From contig KZ538620.1 in NCBI GenBank assembly GCA_000934665.2, positions 1-58,131 of the forward strand: 58,131 nt of DNA. The letters are read 5' to 3'. Source of the stretch: Catajapyx aquilonaris. Taxonomy: Eukaryota. Position numbers and translations under genes: made by a program. This document shows positions 11,630 to 23,728 of this stretch, in pieces (the first letter of the stretch is position 1; each line of letters opens with the position of its first letter). Under the pieces are notes generated by a model. It searched no databases. It had not been told where the DNA came from and saw only the letters and a program-made list of their open reading frames with translations.

Positions 11630-14600
11630 ATGCTGTCCCGACCTGGATTTATTCTGGGACGGCGGATATTTTATGCGGCCAAAGCATCTCTGCGGATCAA
11701 GAAGGACGACCCGCGCCAGCTGAACAATGGGGTTGTCTGCCTCTGGTGGGGTCATAGGTCGTGCAGCACTGGGGAGAAGAGCGTCGCAGGGGCAAAGGTC
11801 GAGGTAGCTGAAGCTGGAGATGAGAAGACAAAGGCGGCTAAAATTATGGAGGCGGTCACCAAAGGTTTGTTACCGCAACAGGTGCGGAGGTAGATTAACA
11901 GCGGCCTTCTCATTGCAGTAATTCCGGTTGGTAAGAAGCGGAAGCAGCAAGACAGGAGTACGGAGTCGTTGGAGCGCAACTTTATTACGCCAGTGAGGGC
12001 AATGTCAGATTTTCTCCTGAAGCCGTCAGACTTGGAAGGGTTGAGGAAGACCAAGCGGAGATCGCCTTATGAGAACGAGCCTCCAATCACCGTCTACTGG
12101 AGGAAGGATGTGGAAGCAAAGGCCGTTGAGGTCTGGAAAACTCCTGAGAACCTGGAGAGGGAAAGGAGGAAGAAACTCCAGGAGATGAAGGAATACCAGG
12201 AGAGTTAGTCACTTCTCATTTAAATGCTTTAGTTCCGCACTTGATTGGGGGCAATTAGAGCAATGGCTCCATCAAAATTTGTACCGTTCCGTATGGAGAA
12301 TAAGTTAGCCAAATTTTTGCATTAAAAATGTCGTGCAATTAATATTGTTACTTCCAGACCTGTGCCTCAGTGACCTTTTTTTTTTTGCACTCTGCAAAAG
12401 CCATGGCATATATCTGGCATGAGGTAATAACTCTGTGACGGATGTGACTAATATGCTGAATTTACGGTCACCTTGAAAGTGGTGCGAGATCACTGTCGAC
12501 TACATTCCTATCAGAAACACCAGAACATAAATTGGCTGAATGAGTACATTAATTATGTTACGTGAGATGGAAAGGACATTGCCTGAACATTTTGTTATCA
12601 TTTTATTTTATTTTTATTTTGTTTTGTTGCGTGTTTGCTTGCTTGCATGCTGATTACTATTTTATTACGGATCCAAAAGTAAAAAGCACACGATATGCAC
12701 GGAGATCATCAGGCAGAACATTGAGTTTTATATCAAATGCGTCTGTGTACATATGGACTCGCAGTTTGCAAGCATGCAGGTTATTCCTTCCAGGCGTGTT
12801 CAATGTGAAACGCATCCTGAAGGACGTGCGCAAGGAGCAGCAATCGCAGCAACTTCGCGATCAGCAGGGAGATGAAGAGCGGATGGGACTCAGGGGAAGC
12901 GCAGGAAAAGTCGTTCTAACTGCTGTTGCCATGTGAGTGAATGATTTGTTGCGCCCTCAGTCTGTCACTAATCTTTTAAACCTTTTCAGCAATGGCTGCA
13001 ATTTCCTGTTCAAAGGCTTCGCCTGGTTGTACACTGGTTCACACTCGATGTTTTCGGAGTGCATCCACTCTCTGTCGGACACTGTCAACCAGCTCATCTT
13101 GGCCTTCGGAATTCACAAGTCAGTGCAGAGGGCAAACACGGACCACCCGTACGGCTACAGCAGCATGAGATACGTGGCCTCCCTCATCTCAGGGGTGGGC
13201 ATCTTCTGCGTTGGGTCAGGAGTGTCCATATACCATGGGATCCTGGGGATTACTAATCCACAGCCCATGGAGTCATTTTTTTACGTAAGTTGGTGTGGAG
13301 CGTTCATTTAACTGGCAACATTTATTTGCAGCAGGCTTCATGAAGCTTACTGATCACTATTTGCATTTTTGAAATGAATTTTGGTGTTTTTTGTTGGAAG
13401 AAATAAACATTAGTTTTCGAGCTATGATTGAGCTAAGATCATAATGAGTATACGGTATCGTATTGCCCTCTGACGTCACTGTTGTAAAAAAAAAACCAGG
13501 TTGCTTTGTTGCCTAACAATGGAATCAAATGACCGCCAATCAGCCAATTAGCCGAATCGAACGACCGCGAGGCAACGACTTGCTGACGTCACTGTTGTCC
13601 GAGGCCAGGCCCCCGTTTTTCCTGCCAATTTGCGAGTGACTTTTAAATCCCCGATAGTTTATCTAGGAATGACATTTTGGTGCCGAAAAGTGGTGGATTG
13701 CTTGTTTATATGTATGGTTGAGCTATTCGTGTACCAAATACCCAAATCCCAGGCCAAGGATAGGACCCCATTGACGTGGTTTCCATAATTATGGAGTTTT
13801 AACATTTAAATAACTTTGACCATTTTCAACCACAAAAAGCTGCAATAATTAGGCTCAATTTTTCTGATATACAGTAGTTTGTGGCCTTGATTTATTTTTT
13901 TTGCAAAAACATTCACCTTTGATTCAAAATCAATGCTTCCCTCAAACCTCATCATATTACTTGACAATTTTAGTTGGAAGTACAGAGTGATTCATATAGG
14001 ACCAAACCCTTTCAATTAGCTCTAACTTACTTGCAGAAATAAGTGTACTCTGAAATACAGATTCAAACTGAATAAAAAGTCAGGATGAACTTTGGAGCAA
14101 TATTGTTGGTGGCGCTGAAGGTTATCTTCTTCCTTGTCACACATGTTGGAAGTTCCTGCCGGGTGCGTCTAAACGCAACACTGCACTTTTGCCCCATGTC
14201 ATTGGCTGTTCTTTGGAGCATGTCACCATCACTCTGCCAATTTCACTACCAGTATTGTGCAAGTTACTGTGGGCGATTCAGGTTCTTTTCCGGAAATTCT
14301 TTAGCTGCAAATTAAGGAAGATACTAGACCTTTCTAGATGTTTCTGCTTGTATCCCGCAGGCCTTTTTCATCCTTGGCGGTTCCCTTGTGTCGGAAGGTG
14401 CCACGTTACTCCTCGCCATAAACTCAATTCGCGCTGGAGCAAAGGAGAGCCAAATGAGCTTCTCGGAGTACGTGCTGAGAGGGCAGGACCCAAGCATCAA
14501 TGTCATCCTACTGGAGGACCTGGCCGCAGTGTTGGGTGTTGGGATAGCTGGTACCTGCATGGGACTTGCCGCCCATTATGGGACCCCCATTCCTGATGCC

Positions 14601-15161
14601 GTAGGGTCGCTACTTATAGGTGGTTTGCTTGGAGGAGTTGCCTCATTTATTATCTACACTAATACAACTGCGCTAGTTGGAAGGTAACTATTGCTATTGA
14701 TGAAGTATCAGCTTGTAGACCAGTGTTTAACAGTACTTTTGCAGGTCAATACCATGGGAGCGGCTTGAGACGATGAATGCGGAATTGGAAGCAGATGTAA
14801 TGATTCGTGCTATCCACGACGTGAAAGGAATTGACATAGGGAACAGGCTCGTGAGGTACAAGGCTGAGGTGGATTTTGACGGCAGAGAGCTCTCCAGGTC
14901 CTATCTGGACAGGCAGGACCTGGACTCGCTGCTGGAGGAGGCCAAGTCTATGACTACCATTGAGGAGCTGGAGGTCTTCATGCTCAAGCATGGGGAAAAC
15001 ATTGTCGATATGCTAGGTGCTGAGATCGACAGGATTGAGGGGCAGCTCAAGGTTAGTGTTAACATCACGACTGATTTTTTAACATTTGTGCTGTCAATTT
15101 GTGTATTTGTTTCCAGAAACGTCACCCGGAGATCAGGCATTGTGACCTGGAGATTTTGTAG
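11630..15161 (+). CDS. SLC30A9: Zinc transporter 9 (cation diffusion facilitator family), 7 coding exons: 11630-11864, 11919-12203, 12794-12932, 12990-13284, 14361-14683, 14745-15051, 15117-15161
   Basis: All six introns are GT-AG and the frame is continuous. ZnT9-type motifs: NFITPVRAMSDFLLKPSDLEGLRKTKRRSPYE..VYWRKDVEAKAVEVW; GSHSMFSECIHSLSDTVNQ; HPYGY; VILLEDLAAVLG; RYKAEVDFDGR; C-terminus KRHPEIRHCDLEIL*. The Arg-rich N-terminus resembles a mitochondrial presequence. Confidence 0.95.
13668..13697 (-). repeat. Short dispersed repeat, also present twice in introns of the LRR gene
   Basis: aatgacattttggtgccgaaaagtggtgga is the near reverse complement of ccaccacttttcagcaccaaaatgtcatt at ~41461-41493 and ~42418-42449. 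Confidence 0.6.
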
Positions 15162-15407
15162 ATTACAGCTACATTAATCAAGAAAATTGTATTGTATGGA
15201 CCATGAATATTGTTGGGAATTTATTTATTTGAGAGGGATAACTGTGATTGTGAATAGCAAACTCTGTATATAGCTAACGTTTAAAAAAAAAAAAGACAGT
15301 TGTGAACACAAGCACAGTAATTTATGTCTGTGTGGATGAGTAAACTTATTTGCTTGATTATGGTGTTTCATTAAAATATTGTGTTCATGCCATGTCCAAT
15401 CTAAAGG

Positions 15408-15471
15408 TATGGTTGTTTCATAATGATTCTGTCAAACCCTAAAAGTTTGAATCATTATGAAACACCCTGTA
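15408..15471. mobile_element. Miniature Tc1/mariner-type inverted-repeat element (~64 bp)
   Basis: Inverted arms tgtttcataatgattc (15414-15429) and gaatcattatgaaaca (15449-15464); the right end reads CACCCTG-TA, a typical Tc1/mariner terminus. Confidence 0.5.
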
Positions 15472-16856
15472 GATACTGTAGTGAGCAGCTGCTGTCTTTC
15501 TAAGTGATGATTTATCCGTCGGCACATTACGTTTGTGTGCGTACACACAGAGGCCCGTACATTGTGGTGAGTTGCGGCGACCTTACTCAGCAAAGTGGTA
15601 ATTAAAAAGGGTCCAGGGTATTGATTGGCCCAATTTAAAACGAGTGCATGATGGAGCCACCCCATGAGTCACACTTCATGAAGCAGTCTCTGCCGCTTAT
15701 TATTGTAATGCTGCTTCAAGTGACATCATCGCGCGACTCATCCCACAACCTCATTTACCTCGCTTATTTATATGCCTATGTCTTGCAGCCCACTAATTGC
15801 AAGCCTGCTGTTCCAGGAACCATTTCATCTCTTAATTACGCATATTAACAGTGTGTTTATTCATCATGAAATTGCAAATTTAGTGCGATATGGCATTAAA
15901 CAAAATTATAATCTACCGGCTGCTCTGGGCTGACTGTTGAACTACGCATGTGATTGATGCTATTGCTCTCGTGTGATTCGATTACGGCCAGTGATACTCG
16001 GTTCAGAGTAACCGTTTAGCGGTGACCTCTTGTCAAGGTGAGTTGCCAAACGGGAAACCACAAGTTGAAGAACTGTTTACACCAGTTTGTAATCGTCCAT
16101 CACGAGAGTCAAGGGCCTGCCTCTCTGTCCCTAAACTATATAAAAGAGGAGTCTATTTTTAAGCCTCCAGTGCAAACAATAATAAGGCCCAGGAATTTGC
16201 ATATCCTTGGCCAAATTAAGCTGCATCATTGTGTCCAATGCCCTAATAATATATTCAAGCCGAAGAGCTTTGAACTTTTGGAGACGCAAAAATGTTGCAC
16301 AATTTATTTTTTCCATGACTCTTGAAGGGCAGCAGATGAGTCCTGAGAGACAAAAATCGATTGGTTTTTTTCGCTCAAGGTCATGCAACTAGTGGTCAAT
16401 TTTTGCGCAAACGTCGCGAAATTACATTTGACACTTCAGAATGATGCATCAATTGAAATCATATTACATGGTTACATATTAAATTAATAACACAAATTAA
16501 TGGATAAATTTTTTTGCCAAATTTTTTTGCTGCCCAGATGAGTTTGCTGGAGGCACCAGCCCAGTATTGTTTTGGAATGTAATAACATTAATTATAAGAC
16601 AATGAGTATGAATAATTTGCGAAAGGTCAGAATTTCGTCTCCAGCATTATTCGCAATCAACCTCTGGTTTTCCGGTGCGGAAAACCGCCAGATCCTTACA
16701 CTTTTTTTTAAATATATAAGTTCAATTCCCGGATATCCCTCGTTAAAAGATGAAAATAAACAAGCACAATTTTATACATTTTTTTGTTGCTTACGGATAT
16801 GAGAAGGGTGGGGGTTGGGAGGGGGTGAAAAAGGGGACGAGGAGGGATGGATGACG

Positions 16857-16863
16857 ATATAAA
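16857..16863 (+). promoter_or_regulatory. TATA box candidate of Pvf-A, preceded by a G-rich tract
   Basis: atataaa about 105 bp upstream of ATG 16964; runs of G at ~16806-16847. Confidence 0.45.
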
Positions 16864-16963
16864 GCTGGGTTGTTCCCATGTGCTGAGCTCCAGAAGGGTT
16901 TGGTCAAGTGTCGGGGTTACAAGTAGTAGTGTGTGAGTGTGAGTGTTTGTGTGGTCCAAAAAG

Positions 16964-17251
16964 ATGGCCAGCAGCATCAGGAGGAGGATTTCGGTCGTTT
17001 TGATGGCCACTGTGGTCACCACTGTTGCTGCTCTTCCCAATCCGGATTCTCTGGACTTTTCGGTGGTTCCTGTGACGTCAATCGGTCAGGATGACGAGTG
17101 GGAATTCCTCCCTGAGATTTTCCAGGAAGAACCCGTAGTTGTCGGACCAGCATCCAGGGACATCACGCATCAGATACTCACAGTATGTTTCCACACACAC
17201 GCACAAAACATTTAGTCATGCTGTGTACTGTACACATGGCTTGATTTAGCT

Positions 17252-17298
<47 letters not shown>

Positions 17299-17425
17299 CG
17301 TAGTCGTCGTCGTCGTCGTCGTAGTCGTAGTAGTAGTAGTCGTCGTCGTCGTAGTCGTAGTAGTCGTCGTCGTAGTCGTAGTAGTAGTAGTAGCAGTAAT
17401 AGTAGTAGTAGTAGTCGTAGTAGTC

Positions 17426-17469
<44 letters not shown>

Positions 17470-19584
17470 CGTCGTCGTCGTCGTAGTAGTCGTAGTTTCA
17501 CCCTATGTAATTATTTAAAAAAAATATAAAACCAAAACTAGGGACTAAGGGAATTCACTACAGTTTTAAAAATTTCAGGCTCCCTTTTTCTTTGTTGTAA
17601 AGAAAATTCTGATGTTTTAAAAATTTTACAACCGGACTCTGGTATGTTCTCCGGTTGTAAGTATTCCACCAACTACTACAGAGAAGGCGTACAATATAAG
17701 AAAGATGGCGGGCTGATAAAATAAACTGAAGGAGAGTGTTTATCCTGAGAGTGATGCAAACCAGGAGTGGTTTCAAGACATGAGGCGCCTATAACAGAAA
17801 CTCGTTATATTTCCGAGTACATTCGACTGAAGCTGGGAAAAACTATGTAGTGCTAAAAAAAAAGGGCGCGAAAGACGTGTGTGTTCACCTTCCATGAAGA
17901 TTTATCTCTTCTGAAATACTCAGGATTTCGCGGTCTGGCTTTTCATCCTCAGCAGGACCTGACTAGCTGCTCCTGTGAAAAAGTGTTGCATAATATGCTT
18001 AGTAGTAGAGGGGAAATCTCATGGGGTTTTGCCTGATGGATTTAGTTGCTTAGGAGCTTCCAATAAAACCCAAAATTCGAGAATAAATAATTGGTAATAA
18101 TTTTACAAGCTGATGTTGCTAGAAGAGTTTCAAATGAAATGAGTTTAGTCACAAATGTACCATATTTATTGCTTACTATAATGGTGAATGCGTAGAAATG
18201 ATCAAATTCTTTTTTGACAGGAAGTGTCTTCCAGCAGAAAGACAGGACTAAGCCAAATAGGCTCAATAGCAGGACTATATTTGGTGACAAAGGACTTTAG
18301 GATATGCGAGCCGGACAAGCTTCGTGATGTCATCAATGCTTCCTTGCAACTAGACAACTTCTACAAGAGCAGGAGAAAAAACAACAACCTTCAAGCACAA
18401 GGACCTCGATCAGATCCAGTTGTAAGTTAATAACATCACCTGTAATTAACGGGTAATTAACCACCACATTTTATGTCATCAAGGATGATGTCATCAAGTT
18501 GCAAGAACTGTGCAAAGCTGCAAACGGATCTAAGAGACATTCTAATTCGGTTCATGACCCTTTGTATCATGGGTACGGAGGATTCCCGTCGTTTCTGGCA
18601 GCCAACATGAAAATTCCCAGTAAGTACAGTGTGTCATTTATGCTGCTTAATAAGTGAAACATTTGTTTAAAAAATTATTTTTTAATGTCAGATGCGGCAG
18701 AAGCGAAGCAAATAGACAAGATCCTGAAGGACACAAAGTCCGCTTGTAGCCCTAAGAAAACGGTGGTGGACATACAACCGGATCCAAACCCGAACATAAA
18801 GTACTATCCAGGCTGTTTGATGATAGAGAGATGCGGAGGATGCTGCGACTCGGAGATAACTCACTGCATCCCGGTACCAGAAGGAATCAAGAAGAAAAAG
18901 AAGAAGGTCAGTCCTGGATAGGTTTTAGATTCAAATAGAATCAGACTTACTTTTGACAATATACGATATGACTTTCCAATATTTTAAGGTGATCAAGTTC
19001 CACATGAACGGAGGACAGTTCGACAGCTTCTTATTGAAACCAGTTGTGGTGGAGAAACACACCAAGTGTCAGTGTGTCTGCAAGGTGATTAAATTTGACA
19101 CGGTTTTATGATAATATAATTAATTCGTGGGTGTGTGCAGATTCAGGCGTCTGATTGCACAACGCTTCAGGTGTATGACGAATCAGCGTGCAAGTGCAAG
19201 TGCACTAATGTGGATGAAGCGATTATGTGCAATTCTCCTAGGGAGTGGGACACAACTCAGTGCAAATGCAGGTGTCCCAAAGTGGAGGACTGCACCACCG
19301 GAAACTTCTTTGACCCTCTTCTCTGCAGGTGAGATTGGTCAGCAGTTTCCAATAATTCTACAGTATTCGGCAAGAAAAAAAAAACTTCTCTTGTTCACAT
19401 AATATCGTATTATTATTATTATCATTGGAAACAATTTTTGGAGGTGACAGGAAATCCTGTGCGAAATTGTAACGTTGCCCTTTAGCCTTTTTGCTTACTA
19501 ACTTTGTGCTTATCTTTTTAATCTATGAATAGATGCGTGACGCCGGAAACCATCTACCAAAGAAACCAACTTGGCAGCAGATAA
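16964..19584 (+). CDS. Canonical PDGF/VEGF-related factor (Pvf-A) with VEGF-C-like CXCXC tail; exons 16964-17182, 18221-18421, 18484-18619, 18692-18906, 18989-19084, 19141-19328, 19533-19584
   Basis: Signal peptide; long pro-region with basic sites (KSRRK, SKR); all 8 family cysteines present: ACSPK..YPGCLMIERCGGCC..HCIP..EKHTKCQC; then CKCKC and CKCRC repeats. All introns GT-AG and in frame. Confidence 0.92.
17251..17496. repeat. Compound trinucleotide microsatellite (AGT)n/(CGT)n in Pvf-A intron 1
   Basis: About 245 bp of interleaved tag/tcg units in a single register. Confidence 0.95.
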
Positions 19585-20227
19585 AGGACCGGGGTAAACA
19601 AACACAGGAATACGCTGCTACACATTGTTACATTCCCCCTCCGAACTGATCATGGTGTTGACTCCTTTCAAAACTGGTATGCAGGGTGACTCTAAACTCT
19701 AAAAAGACTAGATGCATGGGTAATTGGGTTGCATTGTTGGTTGCCAGTTGTGCCATTTCCAAGTGCCTCAACTCATCTTTACTGACTGTCAACAATCTGC
19801 TAGTTGGCACAACTGGAAACCAACAATAGAATCCAATTACCTCTGTACCCGGACTTTAGAGTCACCCTGTATTTTTAACATTTATTATTTATTGTCATTT
19901 TTTGAAGGCTGTTGCGTAACTGGAAAATTCGAGTATGAAACCGCTGTACAGTACAATAGTTCACCACTTTTTTTTCTCAACTTTTTAACTCAAGGTTAAG
20001 AGCTAATACAGAGTAGATTAGTTTGTCACTGAAAATGCAGTGAGATTTTAAAGACGAGTTAAATAATTGTTGGAGCAACGAGTACGCATGACATGGTAAT
20101 GTTTATTACAGTATTTATGGACACAATTTTTTTTTCTGGAGCCACATATATTTTGTGATAAATTAGCAAAATCAGTTATAACTGTTGAGCTTATTGCATA
20201 AATTAATAAGCCAGCTAAAACTGGTTG

Positions 20228-22295
20228 TTACATCATGACGTCGTCTTCTTCCATCATGACCTGCCGACATCTGAAATGCATAAAACCGAATGATTATCCT
20301 GTAAATGGTGTGACATATTTTTACCTGATCCAACTGCACGAATCTGAACCAAAGCGTTTGTTTATGAAAATTATGAAATTATGAAAATTATGAATTTTTT
20401 TCCCCCAATCCCACAGATAAAACGTGAATTTCTGGTCACTGTTAACAGTTTACTGTTCATAGTAAGTTTTTTTTTTTGCTTTCAATTTTACGTTATTGAG
20501 CCACGGTTAAGAGCTAGAGAAATGAACACAAACTGACTTAACTGCCGTGCTAACTGTCTGTTAAAAATAGGAAAAACCCAGTATAACACTGCAGTGAATG
20601 ATGAACTGACTGTATATATATGAGTAATAAACAACCTGGACACGAATAACTAAGTTTGACCTTTATGTATGACACAGTGTGTTCCAGTTTAAATGCTTGT
20701 AGTGTTACGCTATTGCTTCTTATCATGTATAGTTACATTTGACCAGTTACCTCTACCAGGGAGCATATACTACATAAGAGGCACAAACATTCGATTTCCG
20801 CGTCTCTCTGTTTGGAGCGTTGCCAAGGCTGGCGGCCATCTTGAAGTGTGGGGAACGCCAACGAGGTATAAATAGGGTACAGGCAAAAATAGGGTCCGCC
20901 ATCTTTGATTCGCGCGTGTTCTTGCCGTGTAGTTGCCATGGCCGCCAAAACCATCAAAGATGGTGGACCCTATTTTTGCCTGTACCCTATTTATACCCCG
21001 TTGGCGTTCCCCACACTTCAAGATGGCCGCCAGCCTTGGCAACGGCCCCAAACAGAGAGACGCGAACATCAAAGCCGCCGACAGAAGTTTGCGCCTCTTT
21101 GCTCCCTGCCTCTACTACCAGCAGTTATTCCTTTAAAAAGAATGTGTCAACCGTGGAATTTACCTGCAGATGGAAGGCACCCAGAGGAGTCCAGTGGTGC
21201 ATTCCTTAGAGGTATTGGTACAGTCACACTGGCACGTGTGAGGGTTCCATCTCCTGTCGGTTTGTGCTTCACACATGGCCTGCTTGTCACTGTCTATGCA
21301 ATTGCACCGGCACTCATCCTCCAAGTACACCTGACTCTCGGTGCAATTCTCTTTGCGAACAGCGCAGTCGTACTTGCAGGTTACGTGTTCCTCCACTTCC
21401 AGCAGACCACACTTCTCGAATACCCTGCCGTGAAGCACAACCTGCCAAAAAGAAAATTACTGTACAATCTGGTCCGAAAAACATCCTGGTAGTCAGGCCA
21501 CCAAGCCTGCTCCCAAACAATACAGAGACATGTAGACTGACTCTCAGGATGAAAGGCAGTTGTGCACTTATGTCGTCGCGACCGAGAGCATATTTTTATG
21601 CTGTATGTTTACTTTGACATATAATGATGATTACCTGCACTTGCATCATTTTGGTATTGCCGGGCATGCAGTCCAGCAGCCCTTGCGGTGCTCCGGAGCA
21701 GCGGTTCACCTTCACATGTGACGGCGACATCTGAAATGTGTATATACAGGATGTGTTGTATGTCACCTAATAATATTCGGAATTCACTGCATGTCTGAAA
21801 GGTTTTGATCAATGGCATCCTGGTGCTGTCTGACCATCAGCACTCTAGCCAGGTTAGGGCTGTTTTTTCCCCCCTTGATTTTGAACATCTAGAGTGCTGC
21901 AGGATACGATTGTTCCAAACCTGTCGTTGTGGCATTGATTTACGTTTTCCTTGTGCAGCTCTGCGCTTCTGGGCAATTCCACTATAGAAGGCAATGGCTT
22001 GCAACGGATATCCTTCACGTGCTTCCTCACTTGCTTCAGGTGGGCGTTTGTACACAAATCTTTAAAGGAAGCAACTTTATCAACAAAGATAGCTGGAGTA
22101 GAATGTAGGATTAGAGGCTACTAAAATATAGCATATGTAGAAACTTACAGTAACTTAATCATAAATCCTTCTGAATAAGATATTATTTTTATTGAAAAAT
22201 TTAATCGAATAATAAGGTAACTTACTGTGTGGTGAGAAGGTTCCATGAGCTGCCGCAACGGCTAATAATAATACGAGGAAACTGTTTCCAACCAT
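20228..22295 (-). CDS. Atypical PDGF/VEGF-like secreted protein (Pvf-B); exons 22295-22226, 22059-21944, 21730-21635, 21441-21164, 20270-20228
   Basis: Spliced product MVGNSFLVLLLAVAAAHGTFSPH-NLCTNAHLKQVRKHVKDIRCKPLPSIVELP...-MSPSHVKVNRCSGAPQGLLDCMP...-VVLHGRVFEKCGLLEVEEHVTCKYDC...CRCNC...CQCDC...ICR-CRQVMMEEDDVMM*. GT-AG introns; exon lengths match Pvf-C. Confidence 0.85.
20757..21108. mobile_element. MITE with CAGGG...CCCTG termini, ~110-bp internal inverted arms and a 7-bp target-site duplication (cctctac), in Pvf-B intron 4
   Basis: cctctac at 20750-20756 and 21109-21115; terminal cagggagca / tgctccctg; near-perfect arms ~20799-20909 and ~20953-21064. CA..TG ends with a 7-bp TSD fit P-element-like, or less likely hAT, non-autonomous elements. 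Confidence 0.85.
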
Positions 22296-23215
22296 TATTC
22301 TTGTGTGCTGCTTGTTCTGACTCTAAGCACAGAGTGGTGCTGGCTTCCCGTCGTACAGGTAGTATGTAGCTACTCTAATCATACTTATATTGCATCAACA
22401 CTTCCGGCTTGCCAGTGTTTTCCGCGATGAATCTAAAAGGAAGCTGCGGTTTTCCCCAGCACACCGCAACATTTCGACAACTTATCACATCCATTTTTAG
22501 CATCATTATAGGCCTACCAGCAAATGTCTCTGACAGTCAAACTGAAACTTCTTTGCGTCATTGGGATATTGTGGAGGTTGTTCTCTCTGTTATAAGGAAG
22601 ATGAGGCTTCTGAGAATAATTAATGCTTGAAAGTGGTGGGACAATTAGTCTGCCTGCGATTAAGGGTTATTAATGAATGAAGAAAGTGGTGACATAATAT
22701 ATGATTCCATGTCCTTCACTAACGTTAGAACAATGACCTTCAGATATATGCCCCCAAGTGATCAAGTACTTCTGTACCGTATGTATATCCTGCTTGTATA
22801 GTAGTTGTATCTCTAGGGTAAGTCACTGGTGTATTATACATTGTCAAATTGTATAATGGGTCGAAAATGTTTGATTAGTAATCAATTACCTCATGCAAAC
22901 ATCGGGAGCGAATTAATTTAACGTGAAAATGTCTGGTAAAAATAATTATTTTTAAACGTGTATATGGAAAGAAAGCAACAATACACAAATAATTTGCGAA
23001 TATTGCTTCTCTATAGCTTTTGTCACTATAGAATTTCTGATCTATGTCCTATTGCGGCTATTATAATAATAAACTCATCAAATAAAATAACTGTTGCTTT
23101 AAATATACGGTAGATTATAATATTATACAATACCATTAGCAAATAGTGCAGAAATTGACAGGCAAATATGTTGTGTTTTGCATAAAGCTCGGGCTGGTAT
23201 GTAACGAAAAACTTC

Positions 23216-23294
23216 TTTTAATTCAATACCCACATATAAGCCTACATACTCCCAGTATGTATGCCTACGAGTATATGTGGGTATTGAATTAAAA
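23216..23294. repeat. Perfect 23-bp inverted repeat with an inner stem (hairpin or MITE remnant)
   Basis: ttttaattcaatacccacatata (23216-23238) / tatatgtgggtattgaattaaaa (23272-23294); inner tacatact-ccc-agtatgta. Confidence 0.75.
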
Positions 23295-23728
23295 CCAGAT
23301 TTTCGTCAGCATCATGAAATAATCAAAACAATATTTTGTTCAACTCATGCCTGTGTAGGTATATAGTATTGGACTGGCAGGAACTGCACGAAGCCTTATT
23401 GATGAGTCAATTGAATAACGAAGAAAAAAAAATGGGCAGCATATAAAGGACAGGGAGAATATAATCATCATTCCTTATTGTATGTCCAACTTGTATATTT
23501 TAAAAAGTGCTACATTTGCTTGACAAATGCTTGATATATTACAGCTACTGAAAAATGACAATAGAATGAGTAATCACTGCAAAGAAAAATTATGACAAAA
23601 TCACCACATCACTTTTCAAGTTCTCTTTATTTATGGCGGAAATTTTCATCTTTACGAAGAGGGTATAAAAACATGATTGCACTCCTGATACAGACATTCA
23701 TGAACCATTTGGATGTGATCGAGTCTTC

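Noticed and set aside
17178..17501. 107-aa poly-Leu/Arg ORF on the minus strand
   Set aside because: It is simply the translation of the AGT/CGT microsatellite in a Pvf-A intron.
20733..21209. Overlapping ORFs on both strands sharing peptide text (PRLAAILKCGERQRG..)
   Set aside because: Artefact of the palindromic MITE; no transposase motifs.
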